DNA from: Fimicolochytrium jonesii
Taxonomy: Eukaryota
NCBI RefSeq assembly: GCF_025526975.1
Contig: NW_026515669.1
Span: 310,001-374,000 of the forward strand
Direction of reading: 5' to 3'
DNA: 64,000 nucleotides
The notes beneath the pieces are model-generated. The model was not told where the DNA came from, ran no database searches, and saw only the letters and a program-made list of their open reading frames with translations. Numbering within the stretch: position 1 is the first letter of the stretch; the number at the start of each line of letters is the position of its first letter. Shown one piece after another: positions 60,765 through 64,000 of this stretch. The position numbers and the translations under genes are program-made.

Positions 60765-62695
60765 TTATTTTGGTGAACTGCTATCTACGCCTACTTCTAC
60801 ATGTGCACGTTTACGTGGGGTCGTTGTCGGTGTAGAGCTTGGTGTTGCCAAGTGTACAGTGGTTGCGATACTTGCTGTACGCCAAACAACATCGTGATCA
60901 ACCCGGTGAAAGGAGCGAATGGCATGGTACGGTGTTGCGGTCGTGTCGGCACGGGCCCTTTTTCCCGCAAGTGTTGTGACTTTATGGGCTTGAGTACGTG
61001 TCTGGCCGGTTGACCACTCGCTCAAGTTGGTGATGTCGTTGCAGTAGCTCTTTTGTTCGTAAGAGTGGCCGCGTGCGATGGGTCGGGAGTATCCAAGCTG
61101 GCCAGGTACGCTCATCTCGTGCTGGAAGCGGTGCCAAGGATCAGTCATTTTGCATCTGCCACCAAAAATCGTGACGTGTACCTTGTGGACGATGAGAAGC
61201 TTCTTCAGCGCAAGGAAAGCATCGGTTGGGGAGGCTTTGTTGCAGAGTGTAAGTGGCACAATATTATGCCGATATGCAGATGAATAAAGTTGCATGCCTT
61301 TTCGGAGGATTTGTTTGAATGCTGAAAAGTGATTCTCCACATCATTGGATTGTCGCCAGCGATCATTGAAGAGTGGGGTGCATTTCTCAGGATCGGAAGA
61401 GGTTTTGGCATATGTTTTGTTGCAAGGAACACTTTCCAAGAAGCGAATCATTGCCTTTTCGCCCAAAACACAGGATTAGTGTCGCCTCCAACAGTTCAAT
61501 CGGGAGAGCAGTCTCTTCATCGTGCAGAAGCGCCGGGGGGCAGGTGAGCCTCAAGTGGCGGTATGCATAAGGTGTCTGAGGAAGATGCGATGAGCAGGGT
61601 TCACCATACATGAAAGGTAACACCTTGTCGGCCAGCCAATCAATCATACGATCAACCCTTGCTTCTCGATCATCCTGCGGAATACCAGACAGATCAAGTG
61701 CTTCAAAGAATTCTCGAAGAACATTGCAAAACTCAGCTTCCTTTGCATATCCTGTCGCTTCAAGAACATCTGCGACCTGCTTGCCAAACCCGGTCTTCGC
61801 ATCGGCAACACACTGATCGTCACGCTTATACCACCAAGTTCGAACACCCTGTCGTGTTCATGCATTCCTGCAATGCTCAGCCAGGCTTTTTTCCTCAAGT
61901 GGGCTCCGAACCCGGATGTCGTAACATGTTTGATAAATCGCTTCATGACGTGATCCGGGTCGATGGAAATGATCAAAGGAAGGTCCCGGTTACAAGGGTT
62001 CATTTCAGGCACATAAGGGGAAGAAAAGAAATCGTCGCCAGCCCTCCTCCTTTTGGCCAATCGCCTTTCCACCCGGATACGTGTGAGCCATTCTCGTGAT
62101 GGTGAAATAGATGTGCGGTTTCATGGTTACTCGTTTCTCCGCTTCGACTGCATACACAGTTAGCTGCGCTGGGAGGGCGACGAGATTGCTTTCACATTCC
62201 GTCAGCCAGTGGGTAAATTGAACCATCAAATGTGGGTCGCCCCACGTGTATTCAAAGTCTCGTGCGTCGTTCATTTGCGCCATGCACAGCTGTGTGCTCA
62301 ACGCGAATGCGTTGAGGGCTTGGTCAACCTGTGGTACAGAAATGAGGGCGCGCCGACATGAGCTGAAACGTGCACAGAGACAATACCTTTGAAACATCCG
62401 ACAGTCCCAGAATGCTTTCAGTCAGTCCAGGGCCAAGGTCAACAGTTCCCATCAGCTGTCCTTTGCTTCCAGGTTGAACGGTCAAGATTCCGTAATCGGT
62501 TTCATCAAACCCAATGCCGCCAGCAAGGTAGCGCAATCCAAGACTTTCCTGCAGCCAAACGTGTTGTGCACAAATCGCGTCTATGCGGTCCGAATCCAAT
62601 CCAACAAGCTGCACACCCGCATCCGCTCGAAGCCTCTGCTGGGCACGCTGCGATGGTAGAACCAGGTTGCCATCCCATTCGCATGGCTTGCGAGG
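60765..62695 (-). pseudogene. P-element/THAP9-superfamily transposase, fragmented, 5' end displaced by an LTR insertion
   Basis: LPSQRAQQR, GFDETD...MGTVDLG (first catalytic D block), IDPDHVMKR (D(2)H motif) and QSNDVENHFSAFK (catalytic E block) occur in the expected order over several frames. Confidence 0.7.
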
Positions 62696-64000
62696 TGTGG
62701 AAGTGATCAGGTTGACGGCGTATGAGGAGATGGGGAGATTCAAGGGAAGATTAGTATTTGTGCGCGCGTGACCGGGCGTGATCAGTAGTAGGATAGAGAC
62801 ACACCCCCTTCCCCCCCCACTATAAAAAGGACGACACTGACGTAGATTGCCCGGGAGCATCTTACCGGCAATGGACTAGACCATAAGTTTGTACCATAGG
62901 AGCTCAATTGACCCAACTGACTAGCGTACCTACGCCTAGCAGTCCGGGGTTGCCAATATACAGAGTACGCCCAAGCGTGTCTACTTGTGTGGTGAGAATA
63001 GGGATTTGGTTGGTCTCTACCTTTTACCTTGCACTCTCCACAAGTAGATTACCTCCACCCGCGAACGACCTGATTTAGGACCTATCTCAGGGAATAATCG
63101 ACCACTTTCACATTTTGGAGGCTCGGCCGGGAACAAGGAGAGACCACCTTCAAGGAAAAACAAGGAAGGAATTACAAGGAATCTACGAGGTCATTTCAAA
63201 GATCGGATTGGCAAACCACATCTGCCACCTTACAAGAAACCTACCCACGCGTCGCATTCTCTGTTTCCCTACGGAGAAGCGAAGCACCAATCTCCACCAG
63301 AGATTGAAGATCAGTCCATAGATCTTCACCTAGATCAAGATAGCGAAACTGGCCGACGACGCAGAATTTGTCACCAGTCTCCGCTCCGCAAGCCGCTCTT
63401 CAAGCCGCTCGTCAACCAAGGAAGCAATTGTGGCAAGCAGCGCGACAGCCAAACGAGCTGCCTACGAGCGATACCGAAGTTCTCTGCTCCTCAAGAGAGA
63501 ACGCAAGCCCACAGGCAAAGCCAAGTCCACGGATTCCCCGTCCAAGGAATCCCAGTCCAAGGAATCCTCCGAAGAATCCTCGTCCGAGAATTCGTCGTCG
63601 AAACAAGGCCCATCATCTGGTGTGAACCCGTCCCGGACAACCACAAGATCAAGCAGCTTCCCGGGCAGCTTCCCAAGCACTCCACCAGCCCCAGTATCAA
63701 GGCCACCTGCTCAGGATTCCCCCGCGGATCCTCCAGCGCAACCCCCGTCTATCCATCCATCCATCCATCCAGCTACTGCTGCTGTTGCCCCGGCGATCTC
63801 ACAAGATCAAGCCCGAGCGCAGACTCCCGACCAGGAACGGGAGCAAGAAAGAGGACACCTGGTTTACGCCGGTTGCTAGAAGGAATCCCGAAATGGCAGA
63901 CGGAACCCCCGCAGGAGTTCCCCGAGCGGCCTCAGCGGCCACGGTACTCGAAGCGGCGGCAAGAGGATTCGAGCGAGCCCACTGGATGTTGAAGAATGAC
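62696..64000 (+). mobile_element. 5' end of an LTR retrotransposon: LTR 62696-63112, tRNA PBS 63116-63132, degenerate gag-like region
   Basis: TGTGGAAGTG...CACTTTCACA inverted termini, TATAAAAA at 62821, PBS TGGAGGCTCGGCCGGGA; low-complexity ORF pieces follow. Confidence 0.75.

Overview
Eukaryotic, intron-rich fungal DNA, probably from an early-diverging lineage such as a chytrid. That placement is an inference from short GT-AG introns with CTAAC/CTGAC branch sites, a retained PUF60, a Cache/HAMP-like membrane protein and a Fanzor1-type gene. The window has three parts. (1) 1-4.9 kb: the 3' half of a chromodomain Ty3/Gypsy element inserted into the 5' coding region of a Fanzor (eukaryotic TnpB-family RNA-guided nuclease) gene. 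The Fanzor has one spliceosomal intron, all three RuvC motifs, three in-frame TGA stops and a downstream stem-loop array that is a candidate omegaRNA. (2) 5.3-44.5 kb: a compact block of host genes: hypothetical coiled-coil protein, intronless bacterial-like nitronate monooxygenase, CAMK kinase, Cache/HAMP-like protein, NAPE-PLD, FAHD1, signal peptide peptidase, ABC ATPase, DPH6, DEAH helicase, three-module metallothionein, cyclin H, PUF60, F-box protein and BYE1-like protein. (3) 44.7-64 kb: nested transposons: a fold-back LTR, a tRNA-Glu relic, a decayed Gypsy, a near-intact self-priming chromovirus with TSD, a chromodomain-bearing Copia with an antisense ORF, a second Copia family with TA-starting LTRs, a P-element-like transposase and the 5' end of another LTR element. 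All calls come from reading the sequence and recognising motifs; no searches were run.
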